In this document: piece after piece, positions 51,190 to 64,000 of the stretch
Numbering within the stretch: position 1 is the first letter of the stretch
How the letters are laid out: each line of letters begins with the position of its first letter
DNA from: Octopus vulgaris
Lineage: Eukaryota
Assembly (NCBI GenBank): GCA_951406725.2
Contig: OX597821.1
Span: 117,800,001-117,864,000, forward strand
Direction of reading: 5' to 3'
DNA length: 64,000 nt
Program-made: the position numbers and the translations under genes
The notes under the pieces: generated by a model
Database searches by the model: none
Told to the model about the DNA's origin: nothing
Seen by the model: only the letters and a program-made list of their open reading frames with translations

Positions 51190-53478
51190 CTTTTAAACGA
51201 TAGATCAAAGTTTGAAGACTGTTGATGTGTGATTGCCCATCAGGTTAGCTGCTATTTCATAACTATAATTTAGAATTGTAGGTTTATGATGGCATTTCCT
51301 AAAACTTACAAAAAGAATTCTAATGAAAGATAAATTTAGGTTCTGTGAAGTGTTAGTAGATGCTAAAGACCAGCGCCAGAAACGAAGAAAAACTCAGTCC
51401 TTTCGATGCAATTTAATAACATTCAGAATGAATCTTCTTCAAAGTTTGTCAAAGACTAAGATAACCAAGAATTGCTTCAGCGTGGGCGTTTTGCAGAGCA
51501 ATGACCTTCCTTCTCGAGCTGTTTACAGCCGCAAATGTATTTCGGTGTTCCGTACCGAAAATAAATTTTCGCTACAGTAAAACCTTTTATGGCTGCGAGC
51601 TGGTAGTATCGTTAGCATGTCGGACAAAATGCTGAGTGGAATCTCCTCCCGTTCTTTAGGTTAGGTTCAAATACCGCCGAGATCAGTTTTACGTTTCATT
51701 ACTTTAGGGGTCGACAAAAATAAAGTATCACTCAAGTGCTGGGGTTGATATTATCAGTTTATCCTTTCCTCTCAAAAATTGCTGGCTTTGAACATGGCAA
51801 AGGATAGGAGTCCCGTTCAGGGGAAATATAGTGATTTTGGTTACTTATACGGCATGGAAACTGGATTACGGGCCTTATGAGTCCTAGGGTTCATGAAAAA
51901 ACAAAAAAAGCAAAAAAATTCTCGATTTCTATTCGTGAACGATGTAATTTGATGTAAAATTTTTCCCAAATGTAAATTATGCATCCGTTGAATCTGTTGC
52001 GGTGATTCGAGACCGAATCTTTGGATACGCGCTCAGACATCACGAGCACACCCTATAGTTTTCCGTGATTGATCTATTAACCAACCAATCAGCGTAAAGC
52101 AATGGGGTCGGCAGGTTTTCTCGAATTTGACTCCCAATCTCCAATAAAAATCACCAGGCGCGCATTTTTATCAGCAATTAAATACTCAACACCCCGCTCT
52201 CTTTCCCTTTCTCTGTCACAGAAACTCGCACACACAAACACACATTTTGATATTACATTGTATGTGTATATATTAGTAATATATATTAGAATATATATTA
52301 GAAAGCGGCAAAGAAAGATGGCGCAGGTAGGTGATAGGAGCCGCCATTGCCACAAATATAGCACAGTTGTTTCCGGTTATGCTAGGCAAATCGCATGTTA
52401 CTGTAGCAATAGCTTATAAAGTCCAAGAAGCATCTCTCAGTATGTAATTATTGCTGTTATTATCTCTAAAAGGCCAACGCGGTTTGTCTTCATGTGCGAT
52501 AATAAAATCTCATGTTAAATATTAGTGGATGCATATGCATAAAAATTAAACAGATTAGCGAGTTAGAAAATATCTATAAAAGATGAAAGCAATAACTGTA
52601 CTGAGAAGTAATACTTATCGTCACGTAAACATGGCTGTTCTGTAGGAGCCGACGTTACTGCTATTTTTAGCTCCAGGAGGACGCATCCTCCAGCTGCTTA
52701 TTTTATGCAATCTGCATCCAATATTTATTGCAAGCAGGTGAGTGAACCCCTACTATCATCCGGTCACAAGACCACCAGACTGTACGGCCTTTGTGGTCAT
52801 CCTCAGTGAAGGATCTTTGTCCTCTAGAAACAGCAGTAGTTCACTCCAGTTTGCAATATATAGAAGAATAAGTGACAGTCATTGATTTGCAACAAGCAAA
52901 GTAGCGAGTTAGAAAATCTCGATAAGAGATGAAAGCAGTGTCTACAGTGAGAAGTAATGCTTATTTTTCACTTAAACATGGCTGTTCCGTGGATAGCGAC
53001 GTTACTGCTATTTTTAACATTGCAAGCTGGATTGAACTACTGCTAGCTCTAGTTGACGAATGTCCTTCACTGAGAATGACCACAAAGAAGTCGAAACCAT
53101 ACGATCAAGTGGTCTCATGGCTGGGAGATAATAGGGGTTCACTCCCCTGCTTGCGATATATATCGGGTGCAGATTACATCGAATAAGCAGCTGGGGGAAG
53201 CGTCCTCCTGGGGTTAAAAATAGCAGCAACGTCGATTCCTACGGAACAACCATCATTAAGTGACAATGAGCTTTACTTCTTCATGAAAAATAAATTTTTC
53301 GTGATATCAATTAATAATGTTTTGAAATTATTTCCCTTTTCTTTTGAGAGAAGCTAAATATTGCCGTTAAGTTTTTGTTTTCTTTCTCCAAATAAGGGGG
53401 AAAATCCATCATATTGAGAATTTGCTTTTTTTTACACCTTTTAACTATATCACCACTTAATATATTAATATATTTCAG

Positions 53479-53654
53479 ATTATAAATGGCACAAAGTGGT
53501 TTATCTTGAACAAAATACATCGATTAATCTGAAAACCGTATTTACTTATGGAGGGAATAAAAGAGATTATCTTCCAACCAGATGCCAAGATTCATGTCCG
53601 GAATATTATCGGAGTAATCTTGCTGACTTGTGGTATCAATTACCTATAAATCAG
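53479..53654 (+). CDS. PAN-domain protein, coding exon 2 (absent from the ORF track)
   Basis: tttcag acceptor, phase 1 to 0, open frame DYKWHKVVYLEQ...RCQDSCPEYYRSNLADLWYQLPINQ; donor gtaata. Confidence 0.78.
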
Positions 53655-54172
53655 GTAATATATTTATAAATGCATTTCTGAACTGTATCGATTTTAAGCT
53701 ACGGAAATTTAAAGAAAAAGTATCACGCAGAAGTCTCCTTAATGGTTTTGATTTCTCAAGGTTTATTGGATTTCGCTTAATCTTCGTGTCAAGATCTGGA
53801 TTAATATTATAACTTGAATTATTATCCAGCTATAGAAACTGCTCCGTTGTGCAATAATTAGCAATGTTTTTTTTTTTAATTAAGTGTATTCCCAATCCCG
53901 GCATTTTGCCGGGCGTGCAAACGATTCTGCCAGCTCGCCGCCTTAAGTGATAATAATAATATCTTTTCTACTATAGGCACAAGGCCTGAAATTCGTGGGA
54001 GGTGTAAGTCGACTATATCAACCCCAGTGTGTAACTGGTACTTATTTCAGTGACCCTGAAAGAATGAAAGGCAAACTCAACTTCGACGGGATTTGAACTC
54101 AAAACAAGACGGACATAATGTCACTAAGCATTTTGTCCGGTGTGCTAACGATTCTGCCAGCTCGCCGCCTTA

Positions 54173-54225
<53 letters not shown>

Positions 54226-54711
54226 CAACAACAACAACAATATCGCCTTTGCTCTTTGTATTGTGTATGGTTCCAATTTTATTAGTGCTGAAAAGGGCAA
54301 AGGCTTGTTGCAAGTGGGGAGGACGTGAGTTTAAGATAAGCTATCAGCTGTTCATGGATGACCGAAAACTCTTTGGGAAATCTTATGATCAGATTGAGTG
54401 CCTTGTGCAGACAGTTCATACATTCAGCATAGATATAGGAGTGGAGTTTGATATAAAAAAATGTGTGGAGTGCTACTATTGAAGAGAATTGGTAAGATCG
54501 AAGGAATTATAATACCAGAAGAGCAAGTTATGGAGGAAACTAATGGCAACAGGTATAAGTACCTAGGCATCCTGGAAACAGACCAAATGAAAGAGAAGGG
54601 AATGAAAGAATTAATATCAAAAGAATATAAACGGAGACAGTGTTAAAGACACAGATGAGTGGTAAGAATAAGATACTTGCTGTCAAAACATGGGCTGGGG
54701 TAGCTCTGAGG

Positions 54712-56267
54712 TAGATGTTCTCAGACATTTTGAGCCACTGCTCACCTCATGGCCACATGATACCCTCAGCGTCCCACCCCTATTTTTATGCATAAATAAA
54801 TATTTTATATTTTACTAATTTATATATACTATGAATCATTTAATATTTAATATAATATTGGGTTGTCCGGAAAGTTCGTGCCGATTTATAGTAACTTACC
54901 TTTCGACTTATTTTAGAACATGGTGGAGTCCATAAAATAGGATTTGACTACACCTCCATTTAGAGCACAGTTTAAGCTATCTTTTCGTGGAAGAAGGTTT
55001 ATGTTTCTATAACCTGTGTTAATTCTGTAATCCTTTAAAATGGAAGATAAGAAAGTTCATTTTCGGTACTTGATGCTTTTCTTTTTCCGTAAAGGGAAAA
55101 ATGCGACACAAGCAACCAAAGAAATATGCGCAGTTTACGGTGATGTTTCTTTATCTGAAAGAATTGTACGGAAGTGGTTCGCAAGGTTCCGAGCTGGAGA
55201 TTGTAGCCTTATTGATAAAGAGCGATCAGGCAGACCACCCACTACAGATGATGACCAAATCAAGTCATTCATTGAGAATAACCCACATTGCACAACCTGA
55301 GAATTGGCAGAAAGCCTCAACCTATCAAAGTCCGTCGTTCATGAGCACCTGGTAAAGCTTGGGTACACAAATCGAAACGATGTTTGGGTACCACATGAGT
55401 TGAGTGAGAAGAACCTTTTGGATCGCATTTCCATCTGTGATTCGCTTTATAAACGGAATGAAAACGCGCCTTTTTTAAAGCAAATTGTGACAGGTGATGA
55501 GAAACAGATTATCTACCGAAATGTTCAGAGAAAGCGATCCTCCCAAAAGCGGGTTTTCACCCTAAAAAAGTCTTGTTTTGTGTCTGGTGGGATTGGAAAG
55601 GAGTTCTGTACTTTGAGCTTCTCCCAAGTAACCAGACAATTAATTCTAAGAAATACTGCACACAACTGGACGAGTTAAAAGCAAAAATTCAAGAGAAACG
55701 TCCAGAATTGGCGTCAGGAAGGGTGTTGTTTTCCAACATGATAATGCAAGACCGCATGTTTCTTTGGTAACCAGAAAAGAATTGCTGCAGCTCGGCAGCA
55801 TATTCACCAGATATTTCTCCTTCGGAATTCCATTTATTCAGGTCTCTGCAGAATAGTCTTAATGGTAAAAATTTCAATTCCTTGGATGACGTAAAAAGAT
55901 ACCTTGATGAATTCTTTGCCATGAAACCGCCTCAATTCTGGGAAGAGAGTATTTTCAAGATAAAGGAAAGATGGAGACACATTGTGCAACAAAATGATTC
56001 ATATTTGGTTGATTAAAACTATAATGGCATGTATTTATTGATCTTTTTCTTTCCTTTAAATATCGGCACGAACTTTCCGGACATCCCAATATTATACAAC
56101 TTGTATACAATACTATAACAATACTATAATAGAGTCATAGCGTCCCCCAATCCACTGCTTTCCTCCCAACGTCTCCATTTTTCTCTCCCGCCCCTTAGGT
56201 ACCAGCGTCCACCTGGACCGTCTCAACGCCCACCAGGGGACGGTAGTGCTCACTTTGAGAACTTATG
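54712..56267. mobile_element. hAT-type MITE interrupting the Dong/R4 RT
   Basis: Decayed TIRs GTTCTCA/TGAGAAC; 8-bp TSD CTCTGAGG/CTTTAAGG; RT frame resumes ALR|YSAG. Confidence 0.65.
54858..56089 (+). mobile_element. Full-length mariner with a disrupted transposase
   Basis: TA TSDs; TIR TTGGGTTGTCCGGAAAGTTCGTGCCGAT at both ends; WVPHEL, IVTGDEK, YSPDISP; stop and frameshifts. Confidence 0.92.
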
Positions 56268-58111
56268 CTTTAAGGTATAGTGCTGGTGTGATAGAGCAGA
56301 GAAGTGACGAATTTAAGGAGCTGAATAGAAAGACCAGGAAAACAATGACGTTACAAGGGATTCTACACCGCAAAAGTGACGTGGACAGGTTGTATCTATC
56401 GCAGCAGAGAGGAGTAGCTGTGAATTGTACGTGAAGTTTGAGAAAAATGATCTGGCATGATATGGCAGGAGTAAAAAAGATGAAAGTCCTAAGCAGTGAT
56501 AAAACAAAAGAAAAGGGAAAATTTAAACAAAACAGACAACTGGAATAGATATAAAAAAAAAAAGAAAATGTATGGTCAATTCTTGCGGGAAATGCCTGAA
56601 ACTGCTGACAAAGATAAAATCTGGGAATAGACTAGGAAAGGAGACTTGAAAGTCGAAACTGAAGACCCTAATCTTCGCAGCCCAAGAACAGGCACCGCGA
56701 ACGAACTACATCAAGTTCAACTTTCATAAGTCTGTGACTTTGCTTCTCATTCACTCTTTTGATCCTGCTGTGAGGCAATATCAACAATACTTGCTTTGTT
56801 CTTCCTCTTTTCTACGACAACAATCCACTGGATGGTCATGTCCCTCGAGATCTTAAATTGTTCGTTTTCTGCAACCATTTCTGGTTGGTGCTCATAGCAT
56901 TTCTCACTTCTGCTCATGCCATACTTATGACAGAGCTTCCAGTGAAACAATCTGACAATGTTGTTCCTTCGCTTGTACTATTTTTGTTTGAGATGTTGTT
57001 GTGAAAGACTAAAACAATAAAGTCTGTTTATTGATTGGCATGAGCATACCTTGTGACCATAATATCTCGGCAAAAAAATTTGATAAGCTCAGAAAATATA
57101 AAGATTTGCTAATTGAAATTGAAAAGATGAGGCATCTTAAAAGACGATTATGATACAGATGATTGTAGGAGAACTTGGAATAATCAAAAAAGGAACTGAA
57201 AATTATTTAAGAATAATCCCTGGCTTACCATCCATGCAGGAAGTGCAAAAGATTGTGTTAAATGGTACATCACACGTATTGAGAAGAGCATTGTCGCTGT
57301 GTATTTTCTTTCTTCTTCCCCTCATTTATTTTATTTGTTTACTCACTAATAATGCGGTTTATTGTTTCACTTTTCTGTTTTTTGTATTGTTTTTTTTGGA
57401 GGGGGATTTTTAAGTGCTTCTATGGGATTATCAAAATCGTTTGTAGATTGTAGAAGGTAACGTGGCGAGAAAAGCGAAACAATAAGCCACATTATTCGTA
57501 AGGTGTTCGCACAAAAATAGTGCAAGAGAAAACATTACCAGACTGGTTTATTGGAAGCTCTGTCTTAAGTATGGCATGAGTAGAAGTGAGAAATGGTATG
57601 AGAAAACGAAGACTATAAGATCTCGAGGGACATGACCATCCAGTGGATTGTTGTAATAAAGAGGAAGAACCAAGTAATTATTGTGACTATTGCTTCACCG
57701 CAAGCCTCAGACCAGAAGCACACCCCTCTGTGGTTACGGAGCTCAGGGCTAAAGGTAAAGAGTGAAGGACATATCTTGGCTGCTCAAAATCAGAGCTTAT
57801 TAGCTTATTATTTATTGACCCCGAAAGGATGAAAGGCAAAGTCGACTTCGGCGGAATTTGAACTCAGAACATAACGACAGACAAAATACCCATTTCTTTA
57901 CTACCCACAAGGGGCTAAACACAGAGGGAACAAACAAGGACAGACAAACGGATTAAGTCGATTATATCGACCCCAGTGCGTAACTGGTACTTAATTTATC
58001 GACCCCGAAAGGATGAAAGGCAAAGTCGACCTCGGAACGTAAGCATTTCGCCTGGCATGCTAACGTCTCTGCCAGCTCGCCGTCTTAATAATAATGATAA
58101 TAATAATAATG

Positions 58112-58191
<80 letters not shown>

Positions 58192-58596
58192 TCAAATTTT
58201 TGCCACAAGGGCAGCTTGGGGAAGGTGGTAGTGGGGGAGTCGATTTCATCGACCCCAGTGCGTAACTGGTATTTAATTTATCGACCCCGAAAGGATGAAC
58301 GGCAAAGTCGACCTCGGCGGAATTTGAAATCAGAACCTAGCGGCAGATGAAATACCTATTTCTATTTCTTTACTACCTACAAGGGGCTAAACACAGAGAG
58401 GATAAACAAGGACAGACAAACAGATTAAGTCGATTATATCGACCCCAGTGCGTAACTGGTACTTAATTTATCGACCCCGAAAGGATGAAAGGCAAAGTCG
58501 ACCTCGGCGGAATTTGAACTCAGAACGTAGCGGCAGACGAAATACTGCTAAGCATTTCGCCCGGCGTGCTAACGTTTCTGCCATCTTGCAGCCTTC

Positions 58597-58651
<55 letters not shown>

Positions 58652-58934
58652 CAATAATGATCTTTACTTCTAAAATATATGGTTGTTCTTGTTTCATCTC
58701 AAGTCAGTTCTTGTCGAACAGATCCATGTTCAAAGGCGTCCAGTATCCTTAATTTTTTTTATATCGAGGACTAAATTTTGCAATATGCTCTCTTTCCTTT
58801 TTTACACATGATGGTAGGATGTGATTTTAGAGGGATTAGTCTACTATTTCTAGCTGTTCAAGTTATTGTCTAGAGGCAGTTTTGCTTTCCTTTTATACGA
58901 GCTATTTTGAGTGTTTTTATTATTTTCTTTTAAG

Positions 58935-59104
58935 GTGAAAGTTGTTTTATACAAACATGGCGAAGCAGTTTTGAATGTGCTGTTTACTGGAAATGGAAGC
59001 CGTCTATCAACCTGGTTTAACGGCGGTAGGCTTCTAGACTCTCCATGGGCTGATTTGAATAACGACCCCATGTTAGCCAATAAATTTTCAGTCAGAAGAC
59101 AATA
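58935..59104 (+). CDS. PAN-domain protein, coding exon 3
   Basis: Phase-0 acceptor; VKVVLYKHG...FTGNGS...WFNGGRLLDSPWADL; phase-2 donor gtaagt. Confidence 0.8.
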
Positions 59105-59161
59105 GTAAGTTGATATATCCTCCTCCTCCCACCACCACCACTACCACCACTACCACCACCA

Positions 59162-59206
<45 letters not shown>

Positions 59207-59873
59207 TGTTTTTGATTTGACTCAGGTTCGGTCTTATTCCTGGCAGGATTTGTCCCTGTAATCTTAGGAATCTACAAGCTTTCAATGGTCTTTCAAGTAC
59301 TTAGAACCTTCCTGATAATCTTTCCAGTCTTATAGAGGCAAACTTTCTGTAGAAACTCTACAGGACATCCTTTTCCAATCTCTTTCAACCATTTGTCTGT
59401 ATATTTGCTTACAGTTCCCAATGCACCAATTATTATAGGCACAACCTTTACACTTTTCATATTCTAAAATTTCAAATTTTAAGGGATTATATATACACAC
59501 ACACACGCGCACCGTAAAAGTTCATACATACGTCTATATACGCACAAGCACAACAAAAAAAGCAACAAAACAGATAAAAACATAAGGAAGTATACAAAGC
59601 GTAAAACCAGAGTTTGTATATATATGCGTATACATTTGGCGAAAAATGCGAGTGAAGATGTGTACGTTTTCATAGTGACGTATACGTACGCACGTGGGTG
59701 CGCGAGCGCAAATGTGTGCGTATGAGTAGGCGTGCTTACGTATTTACTATGAAATTTTAACCTTATTTTAATTAGCGGTCATTGGATTAGCGCTTTTATA
59801 TAAGTAGCGGAATTATAACACGGTAATTTCCCTTTGTATAACGGTCTTTTTTCATAGCGTTTTTAAGATGGCC

Positions 59874-59936
59874 AGATAACCGAAGAGATGGTGTTGTGGA
59901 TTTCCACCTCGGCATCCGAAACTCAAAGTTTTATCT
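59874..59936 (+). ncRNA. Type-I hammerhead motif with a long stem II
   Basis: AGATAA-CCGAAGA-GATG...GTGGATTTCCAC...CATCC-GAAA-CTCAAAG-TT-TTATCT; 6-bp stem I, U4C core, 3-bp stem III. Confidence 0.7.
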
Positions 59937-60025
59937 TGACTATTGAATAATTGTCACATATTATTTTACAGATAAATTTCCTCTATTTAGGTATCTTTCT
60001 TTCTTTTGTTATCTTACCGTTTTTA

Positions 60026-60039
<14 letters not shown>

Positions 60040-60062
<23 letters not shown>

Positions 60063-60360
60063 TAGAAAAAACCACCTTTTATCAATTCAAAATGAACAAT
60101 TAAATTACACCATCTAGAAAATTACATATAATAGAAATATTAAATATAAAATAACAATAATATACCGATGATTAAGTAACGTGCAAAATAATAAATAAAA
60201 CGTATATATTTTTCACATTACTTAATCATCGGTATATTATTGTTATTTTATATTTAATATTTCTATTATATGTAATTTTCTAGATGGTGTAATTTAATTG
60301 TTCATTTTGAATTGATAAAAGGTGTTTTTTTTCTAATTTTTATATATATATATATATATT
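60040..60360. repeat. Near-perfect inverted repeat (~120-bp unique arms plus TA runs, ~38-bp spacer)
   Basis: 60061-60179 is the reverse complement of 60218-60338. Confidence 0.9.
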
Positions 60361-61002
60361 TTGTGAAATTTGATTTAGTATTTCTAAATTGAATTTTTCC
60401 CTGTAAGTTAGGAATAACATTCCCTCAAATTATTATTATTATTATCATTGAGTGAGAGAGCAGTTCATGCCATCAAAGTGACACTGGGGTAAAATATACG
60501 AAGCCCAATATACCCATCATGACTACCCGTCTGATAAAGGTACACCAGGCACATGCATCACAACCATATGTGCGCGACATGGTGATCTCATATCAAGATA
60601 AACAGCACATGACCTTGCAGGTGGGGCCCAGTTAGAATTTTCTTCAGGTTGAGTAGCCCATCCCGCTCAAACGGTCCCTGAATAAGGGTTGTTTAAGGAT
60701 GTTGAAGAACCACCCATGTTTCCAGAGGTGAACTATTCAAACCCCAAAGAATCCCTCTCAACACATGGCTATGATGCTCCCCCACTACTTCTGCTCGTGA
60801 TCAGAGATGCACATATCGTCAGCCACTAAGGGACATGCTCAACTGGTTAAGGTCAAACAACTGACAAGCAAATCTGTGGTATTGAGCAGAATATTTGCTG
60901 TAGCCCATCTTTTATACCAAGACAAAACAATGTACATGATAACACTTCCAATCAGTTAAGATCAGAAGCCATGAGAGCCACTGCCTGGTACTGCATCAGG
61001 GC

Positions 61003-61137
<135 letters not shown>

Positions 61138-61161
61138 ACCAATGTTTAATTTTAATTTCAG

Positions 61162-61319
61162 TCCAAATACGTTTTTTATCGCTAAAAATACGATGAAATG
61201 CGAGACGAGCAGTGGCTGGATGCTCATTGGATATAGCGATACTTGCAGTTGGGCTCCAAAAGATACTACTCCATATATGATATATTCAAACAAACCAAAT
61301 GTAACCGAATGGGCGCAAG
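61162..61319 (+). CDS. PAN-domain protein, coding exon 4 (no terminal exon found in the window)
   Basis: Phase-2 acceptor; FFIAK...CETSSGWMLI...CSW...PYMIYS...EWAQ; phase-1 donor gtaagg. Confidence 0.78.
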
Positions 61320-62200
61320 GTAAGGATTTTCAAATATCAAATTAAATTTTACTGGCAAACTAGTAAGAGATTTGTATGACGTTAGATAACTGCAATAAAA
61401 GAATTCTTGCAGTTCGAATGCTGATAATTGGACACATTTTTTTTAACGTCAGTTTCGGCGGTGAATGTTCAGTTTTCTGATGAATGCTGATCGATGACGT
61501 CCAGCATTCATCGAACGTCCGACTCATTGAATATAAGTTTATGTAGCTGAATATTCCAAAGGCACACATGTTCTTTGCAAAATTCTCTAAATAGAATCAG
61601 TTTGATACAGTTTGTGACAAGGCCAGGTCTTTGAATTGTTAGGTACATTCCATTTGATTGGTTTTCACATAATTTTCGTCTACTCTGTTTCGCCCACTTG
61701 AATTAGGTCGACGTTAGTGTAAATACTTTTGCGCAAATTGCCACGACCACCCCCTCCTATTCGTGAAAGGAACTCATTAACCATTCAGCAATTCTTTCGC
61801 CCACCATAGGTTATAAAGACATGGTATTTTTATTCAAAAGAATTATAGATCTTTTCACCACTGGAAGGTATTCTAACGTTTTATATCAGACCAACAACTT
61901 GGCTTGTTCACTATTATTTGAAAAACAAAAAGAAAACAAACAAAAGAATTACCTGATTTAGATAGCTTCTCTAATCAATATAATATTTTAAAAACATACG
62001 AAATTATACCAGTTAAGTGTCATGTAACAGAAAATGGAAGCTGAAGCTACACGATGAGCGTCGATTTATAAACCCATTGTTTGGTTCCTTGATTATGTTA
62101 ATTTCGATAATACTTTTGATATTCTTGCATAAATTTTAATCTACATTCGGCCACAGAACCAAACTTTTACTCAGGAAAGCTATCATCAACAGAATATATA

Positions 62201-63790
62201 TGATTGATTGATTGATTGATTGATTCTAGTTTCAGCTCATGAGCTGTGGCCATGCTGGGGCACCCCCATTTGGTGTTGCTACTTGGTTTTACTTCACGAA
62301 AGCTTTTTAGCAACTGCCATTTGGTGCATGAGAGAGTTCGATGCAGCTGCCCTCATCTGCACCTCCTGCCGTGAAATTGGTTCATCTGGGACACCTGACA
62401 GGAAGAGATCCAGTTCCATTTTAAAGACATCTGCATCCACCCCATGCAGGTCTCTCAGGTTCTTCGGGAGGATATTGAAGAGCTGTGGGCCACGGAAGCC
62501 CAGGCTATCACAGTATCTTGTCCTACATCTTGATGGCAAATTTGGAGTCCTAGGCACCACGCAGTGGCGCCCAGTTCTGGCATTTGTGTAACTCTCGATG
62601 CCAAAGTTTGGGACACGTCCCTCCAGGATCTTCCAGATGTATATTATGGCATATCTTTCCCGCCTACGCTCCAAGGAATATAGTTTTAATCTCTTGAGTC
62701 TTTCCCAGTAGCTTACATTCTGCATAGAGGCTATCTTCTTCGTGTAGCTACGCTGGATCGCCTCGAGCTCTGTGATCAACTTGACACTGGATGGTGACCA
62801 TAACTGAGAGCAATAGTCAAAGTGGCTTAGGACAAGTGTCCTCCAGAGGACCATCATGGTTTCTTGTTCTCTTGTTCTAAAGGTTCTGAGAATCCATCCA
62901 GCCAGCCGTCTACATTTTATTGCCAGTTTAGCAACATGTACATGAAAGGTCGCGTCATCACTCATGTGAATACCCAGGTCACGCACTGATTGTGCCTCTG
63001 GGATTGCAATCCCTCCGGGTCCAGTGTATTCATTGGGTGTTGCATTTAGTTTTGCATGCTGATAGTATAAAGCTTGAAACTTTTCAGCATTGAACTGCAT
63101 GCTATTCTTTTCAGCCCACTTGTATATTTCGTCCAGCTCACATTGTAGGTGCTTAGTGTCTTCAGGGTTCTGTATTGCCTGTGAAACTTTTGTATCATCT
63201 GCATAACTTGTGATCGTGGCTCTCTGCGTGGCTGAGGGCATGTCTGAGAGGGCCATTATGAACAGTAGTGGTCCAAAAACAGTGCCCTGCGGAACACCGC
63301 TCACTATTTGTGTGTTAATGGAAGTGGCCCCATTGGCTGCTACCACCTGACTTCTATTCTTCAGAAAGTCATGAAGCCATTCTCCCAATTTTCCAACTAT
63401 GCCAAGATCACGCAGTTTGTGACATATCATTCCATGATCGACTTTATCAAAGGCCTTTGCAAAGTCGAGATATATGACTTCCACATTTGAGTGGTTGAGC
63501 AGTTGTTTCAGCACCCAGTCATAGTGTTGTAGGAGCTGAGTTAAACAGCTTCTTCCTGGTCGGAAACCATGTTGGGTGTCAGGCAGCAAGTCATTTTCTT
63601 CAAGGAAGGTGATTAATTTCCTTCTGACTATTCGTTCCATGACCTTGCTGATGTGTGAGGTGAGAGAGATAGGTCTGTAGTTCTTGGCCTCTGCTCTGCT
63701 ACCACCTTTATGAATAGGGCATATTTTACCTTCCTTCAGTTTTTTTGGAAGTTTGCCAGCTGCAAGGAAGCTCTGAAAGAGGATCTGCAT
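62201..63790 (-). mobile_element. 5'-truncated CR1-clade LINE; uninterrupted RT ORF 63790-62294; (AATC)n tail
   Basis: NYRPISLTS, QHGFRPGRSCLTQLL, YLDFAKAFDKVDH, SGVPQGTVFGPLLF, YADD. Confidence 0.92.
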
Positions 63791-64000
63791 TTAATATATT
63801 CAATGTTAAAATATATGAGCAAATCAAGCTGTTTGGAAAATAAACAACATGTTATGGCAAAGTCTGTTTTATGCTTGTAGTTCACAAAACTGAATTTTAA
63901 AGTTTTCAGCAAGGCTCTCCTCATACAATTTTATAATCCTTATTAACTGAATTTCTTATGACAAATCTTACACTAATTTCACTGGATTCTAGTTTTTACC

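Larger units (their letters stand above)
54240..57790 (+). pseudogene. Fragmented Dong/R4-clade LINE(s) next to (TAA)n
   Basis: QLFMDDRKLFGKS...FSIDIGVEFDIKKC, YKYLGILE, SDVDRLYL, HWKLC, and RLE-type KYKDL...IVGELGII. Confidence 0.7.

Overview
AT-rich, microsatellite-dense animal DNA; the repeat and gene content suggest a cephalopod such as Octopus (inference). Three spliced host genes can be built by hand with phase-consistent GT-AG junctions: CCDC103/DNAAF19 (+, 3489-22328, 229 aa), an unrecognised ~106-aa gene (-, 31373-27708), and a probably secreted PAN/apple-domain gene with an unnamed C-terminal domain (+, 49976 to at least 61319, incomplete). The rest is transposon-derived: a near-intact Neptune-type Penelope-like element (PLE), an L1/Tx1 LINE with intact ORF2 and an 18-bp TSD, a 5'-truncated CR1, a rearranged Gypsy element, mariners, Dong/R4 and RTE relics, Helitron/hAT/piggyBac-type non-autonomous elements and three SINE families. 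The most notable signal is seven minimal type-I hammerhead ribozyme (HHR) motifs from about five sequence families, several in inverted-repeat non-coding elements. One is fused to a tRNA-derived Pol III head in a head-to-head palindrome. Two SINE tails also match the 3' ends of LINEs present in the same window. All analysis was by eye; no searches or folding programs were run.
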